Below, in pieces: positions 38,669 to 49,284 of a stretch of DNA of 64,000 nucleotides (the stretch's first letter is position 1; each line of letters opens with the position of its first letter). The stretch comes from an uncultured Actinomycetota bacterium (GTDB taxonomy: Bacteria; Actinomycetota; Aquicultoria; JACQXZ01; CAYGBL01): NCBI GenBank assembly GCA_964348135.1, contig CAYGBL010000002.1, positions 41,048-105,047 of the forward strand, read 5' to 3'. Under the pieces are notes generated by a model, which did not search any database, was not told where the DNA came from, and saw only the letters and a list, made by a program, of their open reading frames with translations. Both the position numbers and the translations under genes were made by a program.

Positions 38669-40189
38669 CTACAACTTAGTACGCATATCTTCCTTTATCA
38701 TATCCTCTACCTTACTTAATCTTGACAGTCCTATACCAGTTCCTATAAGGAATACAGCACCTAATATGTAGACCAACATATTTGCTCCTGTAAAAGGCAG
38801 CTCTTCAGGCAAAGCCTCTGGAGCGGGAGGAGCAGCAATTAGAACAGGTGCGGTTGGTGGACCAAAAATAACCGGGGCTACAACGGTAACGGTAGTTCTT
38901 ACAGTACTGCTTTCTGGATCTGTCTGATCGCTATCTATAGTTACGGTATTCTCTACCACTCCTCTGGTATCATCATTTATTCTTACATTGAAGGTATAGA
39001 TACCACTTGTATTAGGATCAATCTTGTCGAATCTCCAGACAAGGACTCCTCCCTCCAAATTTACTTCAGCATTATGATCTGTCGTAGCGCTACCTTCAAT
39101 GTATGTGGTTCCCGCAGGAATAGTGTCATACATAATTACATTGGTAAGAGTTGCATTACCATTATTCTTCCAGTGAAGAGCATATACAAGTATGTCACCC
39201 GGCTTCGCCTCTTCATGACTCACCACTTTAAGAATGAATGTATTAAAGTGTGGTCCTGGTGGAGGTGGTGGAGGTGGAGGAGGAGGTGGTGGTGGTGGAG
39301 GTGGTGGTGGTGGAGGAGGTGTTACTTCTTTTATTATCCTAACTGAGGTTTCAGCTGCACTGCCATATCCTGTTTTCGCTTCATTAGTACGCACTTGAGG
39401 TGCCTTTTCTAATATACGTAGTCTTACATTAATCACTTCCTGTGATCCCATTGCTTCAGGAAGATTGATTATCCAGTTTAATTTCTTTCCAGGCCCCGTT
39501 GAACTGAGAGCAGTACTCCACGATGCAACGGACACATATTCTGTATTAGGCGGTGGATTGTCCCAAACGGGAACATCGAGTAAAGCCTTTCCAGAGTTGT
39601 TGGTCACGGTTATACGATAATCTACATATCCTCCTATTGGTACTGCCGGCCAGCGTTGATCGTTACGCCCACCTACCCTCCTTGGAGGATATACAACATT
39701 TAAGTCTTTATCATAAGTTGTTACTACCAGCTTCTCGATAGGAACATCAGCCGCAGTAACTTTATTCGACTGCTCAGGGTCTTGCCCAATACCTTCATTA
39801 TGTTCGGCGTTTCCCTGTCCTTGCGATGATCCAGTATTGTCGGATGGCGAAGAAGTTTGATCCCCGGAACCTTGATCGCCTGGTGCGGGAGAATTAGGTT
39901 GACTGTCATTTTCTCCTTGATGCCCTTTGCCCGGATTGTCTCCCTCATGGCCCTTACCAGGATTATCTCCCTCATGGCCCTTACCAGGATTATCTCCAGG
40001 CCCTTTGGTCTCTTGCCCAGGAGAATTAGAAGATGGTGCAGATGCTTCTATATTCCAAAAACCTCCACTATTGTTCCCAGTATCACTTTTTCCCTGAGCA
40101 AAAGTTGGTGTTACAAAAGTGAAGAGAAAGGAAATCAAGACTATGCATACAATGAAATAATGCCTTCTTCTCGCAAATCTCATAATCAT
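38669..40189 (-). CDS. LPXTG-anchored cell-surface protein with low-complexity repeats, poly-proline tract and two DUF11 (conserved repeat) domains
   Basis: A signal peptide is followed by three GDNPGKGHEG repeats, a P22 tract, two TVTNN-type DUF11 domains, and a C-terminal LPFTG plus hydrophobic TM plus basic tail. Confidence 0.8.
   Translation of the reverse strand: MIMRFARRRHYFIVCIVLISFLFTFVTPTFAQGKSDTGNNSGGFWNIEASAPSSNSPGQETKGPGDNPGKGHEGDNPGKGHEGDNPGKGHQGENDSQPNSPAPGDQGSGDQTSSPSDNTGSSQGQGNAEHNEGIGQDPEQSNKVTAADVPIEKLVVTTYDKDLNVVYPPRRVGGRNDQRWPAVPIGGYVDYRITVTNNSGKALLDVPVWDNPPPNTEYVSVASWSTALSSTGPGKKLNWIINLPEAMGSQEVINVRLRILEKAPQVRTNEAKTGYGSAAETSVRIIKEVTPPPPPPPPPPPPPPPPPPPPPGPHFNTFILKVVSHEEAKPGDILVYALHWKNNGNATLTNVIMYDTIPAGTTYIEGSATTDHNAEVNLEGGVLVWRFDKIDPNTSGIYTFNVRINDDTRGVVENTVTIDSDQTDPESSTVRTTVTVVAPVIFGPPTAPVLIAAPPAPEALPEELPFTGANMLVYILGAVFLIGTGIGLSRLSKVEDMIKEDMRTKL
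39256..39322. repeat. GGN/CCN triplet microsatellite encoding a 22-residue poly-proline tract
   Basis: On the plus strand the tract reads ggtggaggtggtggaggtggaggaggagg and continues in the same pattern. Confidence 0.8.
39917..40006. repeat. Tandem 30-nt repeat (about 3 copies) encoding GDNPGKGHEG units
   Basis: The unit ctccctcatggcccttaccaggattat is repeated on the plus strand. Confidence 0.7.
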
Positions 40190-40539
40190 ACTCGCACACC
40201 TCTCTTATTGTTGGATTACTATATAAAAATACCGGCCAATTAGGCCGGTATCACTTCTGACTCCTTATAATCCAAAGTGACCTAGTCAGGATTATAATTC
40301 TTCGTCTCCACCAAGGTTTTCTTTGAAAAGTGGTGTTTAATAAAGAGGAGTTTTTGCTATAAGGCTTATTTATGGAATTGTAGGAAATTCTTGGGCTTAA
40401 GACTCTTTATATATTTACCCAAAAGCAATTATAAGCAATCAAAGATACTAAAGCAAGTTAAAATTTACCTGCCATTTAAAAATAAAACGGCTCTAGAGCC
40501 GTATGGAATAATTTGGTAATATGTTATTCAGTTTGTTAT

Positions 40540-40767
40540 TTACCGCTTCTTCACCCTGATACTTCTCTTTCCCCCTATGATGTAAATAAAACCCAGTCCT
40601 GTCCTTGTCTTCATTTTTTCTCTTCTAGACTCCAACCGGACAAATACAAGAATAACGAGTAGTATGAAAATAGCTGTTGCGAACCAATAGACAAAGGATA
40701 ATTCTACTCCCGTGGCTACCATACTATTCCAAAAGGAAAGTGTGACATTCCAGAAATTCGTCATCAT
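40540..40767 (-). CDS. Small 2-TM membrane protein (hypothetical)
   Basis: An SD site (GGGAGAATA) lies before the ATGATG start. A downstream terminator on the minus strand (ACGGCTCTAGAGCCGT followed by TTTATTTTT) sits at about 40478-40502. Confidence 0.45.
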   Translation of the reverse strand: MMTNFWNVTLSFWNSMVATGVELSFVYWFATAIFILLVILVFVRLESRREKMKTRTGLGFIYIIGGKRSIRVKKR

Positions 40768-41573
40768 TATTCTCCCAGGATTCCGTCTCTGAAAATTATC
40801 GGAACAAAGATGTTGCACTTAAGGTAAAATCTGCAAGATGTACAGTGAAAAAGTGGTTATGTGGAAAGCAAGTTTAAGTTTGACGTAGACTACTTTTGGA
40901 GATTGTTGTAAGTATTTAGGAAGTCTAAGTAATCCGTAATCCGTAATCCCGGGTATTCATTAAGTAAATTTTAACAAATGTGCTTTAGTATATATGACCA
41001 TTAATATGCGGACCATATTGTAACATTAATTATCTTCAATATTTTAATTAACTTGTTCTTTAGAAGATCGGCCACTCTTCTTTTCTTACATTGCCAGGTA
41101 CATCATCTTTAAATGGACTAATAAGTAGCAAATTTGCACACAATAGCAATAAAAATGTAAACTATTTTTCTGTCCGCAGCTGCAACTGTAAATCTTTTAT
41201 ACTGATCTAAGGTAAGTGTTAATGATCCGATATCAAGCTTTAAACCAAGAACAATCAAAATCATTATATTTTGCACAGCCCAATGGCAACATGGCTGAGT
41301 TTAAAAATATGCAAACATATACAAGACATGTGCTTGTTCAATTAAGTTATTTTAAATGAACATCACGTCTATCTTCTTTAAATTGATAATTTGAGGATTT
41401 AACTCGACATTTGATAATTTATGAAACGGAAGCGTCTTGTTAAATGCGGAAATAACTACTAGAAGTAATCTTGCTGATATTTTTGAACAATTGATAAGTT
41501 GAGTATGTGTAATGTATTCTAGACAATATATTTTAAAATCTTGTATAATCCCATCCATATAATATCTAAACAG

Positions 41574-44243
41574 CTAGCCAGATGCTGCTGAAGATACCTT
41601 TGCTTCTTTTCTGCTAAAGATGAACTTCCCATCTTCTACATTTACTTCTATAAAATCTCCCTCTTTAAATTCTCCCTTCAGTAATTTCAAGGCTAGTGAG
41701 TCTTGAATATTTTTCTGTATTACTCTTTTAAGAGGCCTAGCTCCGAATACAGGATCATAACCTTTCTCTGCTAGTAGCTTCCCAGCTGCTCTTGTTAAGG
41801 TTAAGGTAAGTCTCCGCTTAGCTAAGGAAGTTTTTAGATAGTCAACCTGTATATCTACAATCCTCTCAATTACCTCTTTAGTTAACACACGGAAAATTAT
41901 AATTTCATCAATCCTATTGAGAAACTCTGGCCGAAAAGACTTTCTTAGCTCCTCCATAACCTTTTCTTTCATCTGCTCATAACTTATTTTTTCTTCACGC
42001 AAAGCAGGACCAAACCCCAGTAGAAGAGTCCTGTTTATATACTGGGTTCCAATATTTGAGGTCATGATAATTAAAGTATTTCTAAAGTCGACTGTTCGAC
42101 CGTGTCCATCAGTTAATCTACCATCATCAAGAACCTGTAATAAAATATTGAATACATCAGGAGCAGCTTTCTCAATCTCGTCCAAAAGAATTACCGAATA
42201 GGGTCTTCTTCTTACAGCCTCTGTCAACTGGCCTCCTTCTTCATATCCTACATATCCCGGAGGAGCCCCAATCAAACGCGCTACTGTATGTTTCTCCATA
42301 TACTCGCTCATATCCAACCTAATCATTGCCTTCTCATCATCAAAGAGGAATTCTGCCAATGATCTAGCTAGTTCTGTTTTCCCTACGCCTGTTGGTCCTA
42401 AAAAGATAAATGAACCAATAGGTCGATTCGGATCTTGTAGGCCAGCCCGAGCTCTTCTGACAGCATTAGACACGAGTGTAATAGCTTCGTCTTGACCCAC
42501 TACTCTCTCCTTAAGCCGTTCTTCCATATGTACAAGCTTCTCCAGTTCGCCTTCCATCAATCTCGTCACTGGAATCCCTGTCCATTTTGAGACTACTTCG
42601 GCAATATCTTCTTCATCCACCTCTTCTTTAAGCATTTTTTCATCCTTCTGAATTTTACTAAGCTGTCGATTTTGCTGATCCAATTTTTTTTCCAAATCTA
42701 TGAGTTCGCCATAGCGAATTCGAGCAACTTTGTCCAAATCACCTTCACGCTCTGCTTTTTGTTCTTCGGCCTTCGCTTTTTCTATCTTTTCCTTGAACTC
42801 TCTTATCGTCTTTATAGTTTCTTTTTCTTTAATCCAGTGGGCTTTCATCTTTTCGCTTTGTTTTCCTAAGCTTTCTAAAGTTTTTTCTAATTTCTGCAGT
42901 TGCTCCTGAGAGGTTTTATCTTTTTCCTTTTTGAGAGCCTGTCTCTCAACCTCTAGCTGCTTAATCCTTCTTTCAATCTCATCAATTTCTGTAGGCATAC
43001 TGTCTATCTCTATGCGCAATCTGGAAGCTGCTTCATCAATTAGATCGATAGCCTTATCTGGAAGAAAGCGATCAGATATATATCGAGTGGAAAGTGTTGA
43101 AGCAGCAACCAGAGCCGTATCTTGAATACGAACTCCATGATGAATTTCGTAGCGCTCTTTTATCCCCCTGAGAATAGCAATTGTATCTTCAATAGATGGT
43201 TCTCTAACAATTATGGGCTGGAATCGTCTTTCTAAAGCAGCATCCTTCTCAACATATTTGCGATATTCATTCAAAGTAGTTGCTCCTACTGCTCTTAATT
43301 CGCCTCGAGCAAGCATCGGTTTTAACATGCTTGCCGCATCAACAGCACCTTCAGCAGCACCCGCACCTACTATCGTATGAAGTTCATCTATGAAAATAAT
43401 TATCTCTCCTTCAGCCTTTTTAATTTCACGAAGAACTGCTTTTAGTCTCTCTTCAAATTCACCGCGGAACTTTGTTCCAGCAATTAAGGAACCAATATCA
43501 AGTGCTATTACTTTTTTATTCTTCAAACTCTCTGGCACATCTCCGCTCACTATCCGCTGTGCCAGTCCTTCAACTATAGCTGTTTTACCTACTCCTGGAT
43601 CACCAATTAATACAGGATTGTTTTTTGTTCTTCTAGACAAAACTTGAATTACACGTCTAATTTCACTATCTCGACCCACTACTGGGTCTAACTGGTTTCG
43701 ACGTGCCAAATCAGTAAGATCTCTTCCATATCGCTCTAGAGCTTGGTATTTTTCTTCCGGATTAGGATCTGTCACTCGCTGTCCTCCTCTTACCTCTAGA
43801 AGAACTTTGTAGATACTATCTTTGTTTACTCCTTTTCTTTTTAGCAGTTCTGAGGCAGGTCCTCCCTCTTCGCAAATTGCAATTAGCAAATGTTCAACAC
43901 TTACGTATTCGTCTTTGAAATTTTCTGCTTCTGTACTGGCAAGCTCAAATACTCGTCTTACCCTAGAACTGGCATACGTTTCTCCGACTGCACCATAGAC
44001 CTTGGGCAGCTTTTTAATCTCTTCTTTTAGTTCCCTAGACAGTTCCTCCTTGTTTACATTCAACCTCTCTAAGATGGAAGCAGCGATTCCTTCTGTGTGT
44101 TGTAAAAGTCCAGCTAGCAGATGTTCTACTTCTATCTGTTGCTGATTATAATTTGCAGTCAATCTCTGAGCTTGAGCTATAGCCTCTCTCGCTCGCTCTG
44201 TAAATTTATCCCATAGCATTTCCTTCAACTCCCTATCACTCAA
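41574..44243 (-). CDS. clpB: ATP-dependent chaperone ClpB
   Basis: Two AAA+ modules ([17 protein letters not shown] and [19 protein letters not shown]) flank a long coiled-coil middle domain. The start may be the internal Met at 44219, which has a strong SD site (GGGAGTTGAAGGAA). Confidence 0.9.
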   Translation of the reverse strand: MSDRELKEMLWDKFTERAREAIAQAQRLTANYNQQQIEVEHLLAGLLQHTEGIAASILERLNVNKEELSRELKEEIKKLPKVYGAVGETYASSRVRRVFELASTEAENFKDEYVSVEHLLIAICEEGGPASELLKRKGVNKDSIYKVLLEVRGGQRVTDPNPEEKYQALERYGRDLTDLARRNQLDPVVGRDSEIRRVIQVLSRRTKNNPVLIGDPGVGKTAIVEGLAQRIVSGDVPESLKNKKVIALDIGSLIAGTKFRGEFEERLKAVLREIKKAEGEIIIFIDELHTIVGAGAAEGAVDAASMLKPMLARGELRAVGATTLNEYRKYVEKDAALERRFQPIIVREPSIEDTIAILRGIKERYEIHHGVRIQDTALVAASTLSTRYISDRFLPDKAIDLIDEAASRLRIEIDSMPTEIDEIERRIKQLEVERQALKKEKDKTSQEQLQKLEKTLESLGKQSEKMKAHWIKEKETIKTIREFKEKIEKAKAEEQKAEREGDLDKVARIRYGELIDLEKKLDQQNRQLSKIQKDEKMLKEEVDEEDIAEVVSKWTGIPVTRLMEGELEKLVHMEERLKERVVGQDEAITLVSNAVRRARAGLQDPNRPIGSFIFLGPTGVGKTELARSLAEFLFDDEKAMIRLDMSEYMEKHTVARLIGAPPGYVGYEEGGQLTEAVRRRPYSVILLDEIEKAAPDVFNILLQVLDDGRLTDGHGRTVDFRNTLIIMTSNIGTQYINRTLLLGFGPALREEKISYEQMKEKVMEELRKSFRPEFLNRIDEIIIFRVLTKEVIERIVDIQVDYLKTSLAKRRLTLTLTRAAGKLLAEKGYDPVFGARPLKRVIQKNIQDSLALKLLKGEFKEGDFIEVNVEDGKFIFSRKEAKVSSAASG

Positions 44244-44634
44244 TAGGAACCTTTATAATCCCACTGGAGCGCACTTTTTCAATTTTTGGAGAAAGACGTC
44301 TATGAAGAGAAGAAATTTGAGCTTCTAATTCTCCGCGTATATCCTCAAATTCGTGCTCCATATTGTTTATCAGATTTCGCATATCCTTAATCTTCTCTCG
44401 TAGTTCAATAATCATCTTAACCCCAGCTAAGTTTATTCCCTCTTCATGGGTCAGCTCCTGAATGGCTTTCAATCTCTCTATATCTTCGTCCGAGTAGAGG
44501 CGTCTCTTATTCGCAGACCTTTTAGGATGAAGCAATCCTCTCCTCTCATAGATTCGCAGCGTTTGAGGATGGCAGTCAGCTAACTGAGCCGCGACACTAA
44601 TTATATAAACGGGCCGCTTATTATCCCTTGCCAT
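44236..44634 (-). CDS. hspR: MerR-family heat-shock repressor HspR
   Basis: [38 protein letters not shown] is a MerR-type HTH. The gene sits directly after dnaJ, as in the actinobacterial dnaK-grpE-dnaJ-hspR operon. Confidence 0.8.
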   Translation of the reverse strand: MARDNKRPVYIISVAAQLADCHPQTLRIYERRGLLHPKRSANKRRLYSDEDIERLKAIQELTHEEGINLAGVKMIIELREKIKDMRNLINNMEHEFEDIRGELEAQISSLHRRLSPKIEKVRSSGIIKVPIE

Positions 44635-44636
44635 TT

Positions 44637-45761
44637 TTATCCCTTCTTCCTCTGTGCAATATAATTGGAGATCTCCGTTCGAGGATCCCTCTGGTTAAGT
44701 TGGGCAAATTCACTTAATACCTCTCTCTCTTTTCTTCCCAGTTTTGTAGGTACTACAATCTGAGCGGTAACATACATATTACCCTTTCTATTGGTCCTAG
44801 GCTCTGGTACTCCTCTACCACTCAAACGAAATACCTGTCCACTTTGCGTTCCAGACGGAACCTTCAGTGAGAGTGCTCCATCTAATGTAGGTATCTCAAC
44901 TTTTGTCCCTAAGGCAGCTTCACTGAATGTAAGGGGAAGATCAAGATATAAATCACTACCTAGTCGCTTAAACAGAGGATGCTCGCTTATTTTGGTGACA
45001 ATGTAAAGATCTCCTGAGGGTCCTCCTCGGAAACCAGCTTCACCTTCACCCTTAATCTTTATCTTTGACCCATTATCAACACCTGCCGGAATCCTGACAT
45101 TTATCTTCTTAGTCTCCGGAGCCCTTCCAGTACCCCGACAGTTAGCACACGGATTATCAATTATAGTACCTCGCCCAAGGCAACGATTGCAGGTCGTGCT
45201 CAAGCTGAAAAAGCCCTGATTCTGAGCAACAAATCCTGTGCCATTGCAGTGTGGGCATACCCGTGAAGAAGTGCCTGGTTTGGCTCCCGTACCATTACAT
45301 TTAGGACAGGTTGTTTCTTTGGTAATGTTAAGTTTAGTAGTGGCTCCACGAGCAGCATCTTCAAAAGAAAGGTTAAGTTGATAATAAATATCCTTGCCTC
45401 TCTCTGCAGCACTAGTGCCAGAACGGGATCTACCCATAAAAATGTCAAATATATCTCCAAACCCACCAAGATCCGTGAATACATCTTCAAAGCCAGTGGA
45501 CTTAAAGCCTCGGAATCCCTGAGTTCCATATGCTCCAGCTCCAAACATAGAAGTCATTTGGTCATACTCTGCTCTCTTTTTTTGATCTCCTAAAACTTCA
45601 TAAGCCTGCGATATCTCTTTGAACTTCTCTTCTGTCTCTTTACCACTGGGATTAGCATCTGGATGATATTTCCGAGCCAACTTCCGATAAGCATCTTTTA
45701 TTTCCTTTTGACTGGCTTTTTTAGAAACACCAAGTATCTCGTACAAATCTTTTCCGTTCAT
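44637..45761 (-). CDS. dnaJ: Chaperone DnaJ
   Basis: It has a J-domain (YEILGV...KLARKYHPD), a G/F-rich region and four CxxCxGxG zinc-finger repeats. Confidence 0.9.
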   Translation of the reverse strand: MNGKDLYEILGVSKKASQKEIKDAYRKLARKYHPDANPSGKETEEKFKEISQAYEVLGDQKKRAEYDQMTSMFGAGAYGTQGFRGFKSTGFEDVFTDLGGFGDIFDIFMGRSRSGTSAAERGKDIYYQLNLSFEDAARGATTKLNITKETTCPKCNGTGAKPGTSSRVCPHCNGTGFVAQNQGFFSLSTTCNRCLGRGTIIDNPCANCRGTGRAPETKKINVRIPAGVDNGSKIKIKGEGEAGFRGGPSGDLYIVTKISEHPLFKRLGSDLYLDLPLTFSEAALGTKVEIPTLDGALSLKVPSGTQSGQVFRLSGRGVPEPRTNRKGNMYVTAQIVVPTKLGRKEREVLSEFAQLNQRDPRTEISNYIAQRKKG

Positions 45762-45934
45762 TTAAGTCACCCAATAAGAGTCAATTAAAGTCATGCTGAA
45801 TTTAACTAACTATTAATTTAAGATAAAAGCCATAAGCTAAGCCTAAATCTGAATCTTGCATTCCAATTGCCTTGAGAACTCAATTCTCTACCAGAAACAT
45901 TCTATCAGCTCAGTTCACTCATTCTACAAATATT

Positions 45935-46501
45935 CTATTTCTTAGCGACCTTTACCATTGCAGGTCTTATAACTCTGCCCTTGAAAGTATAACCCTGCCT
46001 TAAAACGTCAACTACTGTGTTGTCAGCATATTCATCACTATGAACCTTCATAACTGCCTCATGCACCTGGGGATCAAACTCCTTACCAATGGCTTCAATC
46101 ACTTTCAATCCCTCATGGTGAAGCATATCCTTCAGTTCACCATAAACCATCTCAATTCCCTTTACCAGTTTATCAAAGTCTTTGCTGTTTTCAGCTGCTA
46201 TGAGAGCCAACTCAAAATTGTCTACAATGGGTAAAAGTTTACTTATTAAATCTTGAGCTGCTAATTCCAAAAATTGCGTTTGCTCCCTTAAGAGTCTTTT
46301 TTTGTAATTCTCAAACTCTGCTTTCAATCTCTTTAAATGGTCTAAATATTCTGCAGCTTCAGCTTTCTTTACTTCTAAATCCTTTCTTAACTTTTCCAGT
46401 TCATTTTTTGATATCCCTATTTTCTCCTCAGCCTCTTCTTCTACTTTAGCTTCTTCTTTCCGTTCCTGCTTGTCTTCATCTTCTGGCTTCTTACCAACCA
46501 C
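45935..46501 (-). CDS. grpE: Nucleotide exchange factor GrpE
   Basis: An acidic, coiled-coil N-terminus is followed by FENYKKR and a C-terminal beta domain. Confidence 0.85.
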   Translation of the reverse strand: MVGKKPEDEDKQERKEEAKVEEEAEEKIGISKNELEKLRKDLEVKKAEAAEYLDHLKRLKAEFENYKKRLLREQTQFLELAAQDLISKLLPIVDNFELALIAAENSKDFDKLVKGIEMVYGELKDMLHHEGLKVIEAIGKEFDPQVHEAVMKVHSDEYADNTVVDVLRQGYTFKGRVIRPAMVKVAKK

Positions 46502-46582
46502 TATTTAACACCCCCTATTCATTTCAAAAAAATATTTCCTCGGGAAGGGATACTCCTCTAACACCCTTTAAATGTTAACTTT

Positions 46583-47032
46583 TTAACTTTCGCCTGATTC
46601 AACAGCTACCTTTACTCGCTTGGTCTCAACTTCCTTAGCTGTAGGCATTCTAATTTCTAGAACTCCCTCTTTAAAAGTAGCTTTTGCTTTATTTTTTTGG
46701 ATAGATGCTGGTAGTGGTACTGCTCTTTCAAAAGTACCGTAACGTCTCTCTAACCTGTAGTAATTTTCCTCTTTTGCTTCTTTAAAAAACTTTCTCTCTC
46801 CTTTGATAGTTAGCATATCCTCATCTACAGTAATATCTATATCTTTAGCTGTAAGACCTGGTAATTCTGCTTTAACTACTATCTCCTTGTCAGATTCATA
46901 CATGTCTACAGCTGGTGACCATACTCCCCGAGCAAAGCGCTCCCATTCACCTGAAGTACGGCCAAAAAATCTGCCAAGTTCATCAGGGAGACTAAGCAAA
47001 TCTCTCCATGGATCCCACTTAATTATTGCCAT
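46583..47032 (-). CDS. Hsp20/alpha-crystallin small heat-shock protein
   Basis: It contains an alpha-crystallin domain. An SD site (AAGGAGG) lies before the ATG that encodes MAIIKWDPW. Confidence 0.8.
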   Translation of the reverse strand: MAIIKWDPWRDLLSLPDELGRFFGRTSGEWERFARGVWSPAVDMYESDKEIVVKAELPGLTAKDIDITVDEDMLTIKGERKFFKEAKEENYYRLERRYGTFERAVPLPASIQKNKAKATFKEGVLEIRMPTAKEVETKRVKVAVESGES

Positions 47033-47098
47033 CTTTAACACCTCCTTACGGTAATTCTCACAAGATATTCCCTTCCCGCATTACTTCAATTTCCGTCT

Positions 47099-48958
47099 TT
47101 ATTTCTGCTGCTCATCTTGATCCTCATCAACAACCTCAGCGTCAACTACTCCTTCCTCATCACCTTTTTCTTGAGTCTCACTTTTTTCTCCAGAACCTTC
47201 AGCTTTCTTCTGCGCATAGAGAACTTCAGCTAGACGGTGAGATAACTGCACTAGTTTCTCACTTGCTTGCTTTATTCGTTCAACATCAATCCCTTTCAAA
47301 GCTTCCTTTACTTCACTTACTGCTTTTTCAATTTCATCCTTTTCGGAGGCGCTTATTTTATCTCCTACCTCTTTAATTGACCTTTCAGTAGAATAAACCA
47401 GATTGTCTGCATTGTTACGAATTTCAGCGTCTTCTCTTCTCTTATGGTCTTCTTCTGCATGTGTTTCTGCTTCCTTTATCATCCGGTTAATCTCATCCTC
47501 ACCTAAAGCCGTAGATCCTGTAATAGTCATACTCTGTTCTTTTCTAGTACCCAAATCCTTTGCAGAGACGTGAACAATACCATTAGCATCTATGTCAAAG
47601 GCAACCTCAATCTGAGGAATACCTCTGGGTGCTGATGGAATACCTACCAGTTGAAAACGGCCTAGGGTCTTATTATAGGCAGCCATCTCTCTCTCACCCT
47701 GTAACACATGAATCTCTACACTAGTCTGATTATCTTCAGCGGTAGAAAAGATTTCACTCTTCTTAGTAGGTATAGTGGTATTTCTATCAATTAGTTTAGT
47801 AAAGATGCCACCTTTAGTCTCGATACCTAAGGTAAGAGGAGTAACATCCAAAAGTAAAACCTCTTTAACCTCGCCTTTGAGTACACCCGCTTGAATGGCC
47901 GCTCCTACAGCTACAACTTCATCAGGATTCACACCCCTATGGGGCTCCTTTCCACCAGTAAGTTTCCGTACCAAATCCTGCACTGCTGGCATTCTGGTAG
48001 CACCACCAACCAGTATTACATGCTCAATATCTTTAGGTTCAAGACCCGCATCTTTCATAGCTTGATTAAATGGTTCAATACATTTTTCTAAAAGATCTGC
48101 AGTCATTTTGTTCAGTTCTGATCTGGAAAGAGCCATATCAAGATGAAGAGGCCCTTCTGCGGTCGCAGTTATAAAGGGTAAATTAATATTAGTCGTAGTA
48201 ACAGTAGAAAGCTCACATTTAGCTTTCTCTGCAGCCTCTTGCAACCTTTGATGAGCCATGCGGTCTTTCCGTAAGTCTACTCCATATTTTGCTTTGAAAT
48301 CATCCGCCATCCAGTCAACAATTTTCTGGTCCCAATCATCTCCACCAAGATGGGTATTTCCGCTTGTTGCTTTTACATCAAAAACGCTAGGTTCATCTCC
48401 TTTGCCTGGTTCGATCTCAAGAATTGAAACATCAAAAGTGCCTCCGCCTAAGTCGAAAACGAGAACTGTCTGTTCATTCTCCTCCTCCAAACCATAAGCA
48501 AGAGTAGCTGCCGTCGGCTCATTAATAATACGGAGAACATTCAAGCCTGCAATCTGTCCGGCTTCCTTAGTCGCAGTTCTCTGAGCATCATCAAAATAGG
48601 CTGGTACAGTTACAACTGCATCAGTAATTTTTTCACCTAAATAGTCTTCTGCACTCTGCCTCATCTTTTGTAAAACCATGGCTGAAATTTCTTGCGGCAT
48701 ATATTCCTTGTCATCTATCTTTATCTTATCCTTTGTGCCCATTTTCCTTTTTATTGAGCGAATGGTCCGCTCAGGATTGGTTATGGCCTGCCTTTTAGCC
48801 ACTTCCCCTACTAACCGCTCTCCAGTTTTACTAAAAGCAACAACAGACGGAGTTATCCTCCCTCCTTCCGCACTGGGAATTACAACAGGTTCTCCACCCT
48901 CCAGGACAGCAACACAAGAGTTTGTAGTCCCTAAATCAATACCTACTGCTCTTGCCAT
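47099..48958 (-). CDS. dnaK: Chaperone DnaK (Hsp70)
   Basis: The key motifs are [13 protein letters not shown] and [10 protein letters not shown], and the match runs the full length. An SD site (AAGGAG) lies 8 nt before the ATG that encodes MARAVG. Confidence 0.95.
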   Translation of the reverse strand: MARAVGIDLGTTNSCVAVLEGGEPVVIPSAEGGRITPSVVAFSKTGERLVGEVAKRQAITNPERTIRSIKRKMGTKDKIKIDDKEYMPQEISAMVLQKMRQSAEDYLGEKITDAVVTVPAYFDDAQRTATKEAGQIAGLNVLRIINEPTAATLAYGLEEENEQTVLVFDLGGGTFDVSILEIEPGKGDEPSVFDVKATSGNTHLGGDDWDQKIVDWMADDFKAKYGVDLRKDRMAHQRLQEAAEKAKCELSTVTTTNINLPFITATAEGPLHLDMALSRSELNKMTADLLEKCIEPFNQAMKDAGLEPKDIEHVILVGGATRMPAVQDLVRKLTGGKEPHRGVNPDEVVAVGAAIQAGVLKGEVKEVLLLDVTPLTLGIETKGGIFTKLIDRNTTIPTKKSEIFSTAEDNQTSVEIHVLQGEREMAAYNKTLGRFQLVGIPSAPRGIPQIEVAFDIDANGIVHVSAKDLGTRKEQSMTITGSTALGEDEINRMIKEAETHAEEDHKRREDAEIRNNADNLVYSTERSIKEVGDKISASEKDEIEKAVSEVKEALKGIDVERIKQASEKLVQLSHRLAEVLYAQKKAEGSGEKSETQEKGDEEGVVDAEVVDEDQDEQQK

Positions 48959-49009
48959 TTTCTTCACTCCTTCAGATTTAATAACATGCTTATACTGTAT
49001 ATAATATAT

Positions 49010-49034
49010 AAGTTGATAATATTATTGTCAAGTT
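49010..49034 (-). promoter_or_regulatory. dnaK operon promoter (TTGACA-17-TATATT on minus strand) overlapped by a HAIR-like inverted repeat (TTGA-N11-TCAA), candidate HspR operator
   Basis: The minus-strand sequence is AACTTGACAATAATATTATCAACTTATATATT. The -35 and -10 hexamers are near consensus, and the TTGA-N11-TCAA spacing matches the HAIR core. Confidence 0.45.
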
Positions 49035-49284
49035 ATTTATATTTAATATTCGTAAGATACCCAAAATATTAAAATTTAAACATGGGAATGCTTAAAAAGT
49101 GGGTTGTTATTAAAAGAAGAGTTCAATCTTTGATGGAACTTGTTACAAAGCTTGAATAGAGGCTAGAAGTCTATAAAATCCTGGCTCACGTTGGATTATC
49201 TATATTAGCATGAATCCCTCACCCATAAGCACTTTTTGCCTCTCCTTATAGTCTATTCCTTTTCAAATAAACACCTATTATACC

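Noticed and set aside
39074-39346. 90-aa plus-strand ORF rich in Trp/Arg (WWRWWRW...)
   Set aside because: It is the antisense reading of the CCN poly-proline microsatellite inside the LPXTG gene (CCA read as TGG), so it is an artefact.
40925-40955. Possible CRISPR-like repeat gtaatccgtaatccgtaatcc
   Set aside because: It is only three 7-nt units with no spacers, so it is a simple microsatellite and not a CRISPR array.
48968-49284. Search for CIRCE (TTAGCACTC-N9-GAGTGCTAA) upstream of dnaK
   Set aside because: No match was found. Regulation is attributed to HspR instead.
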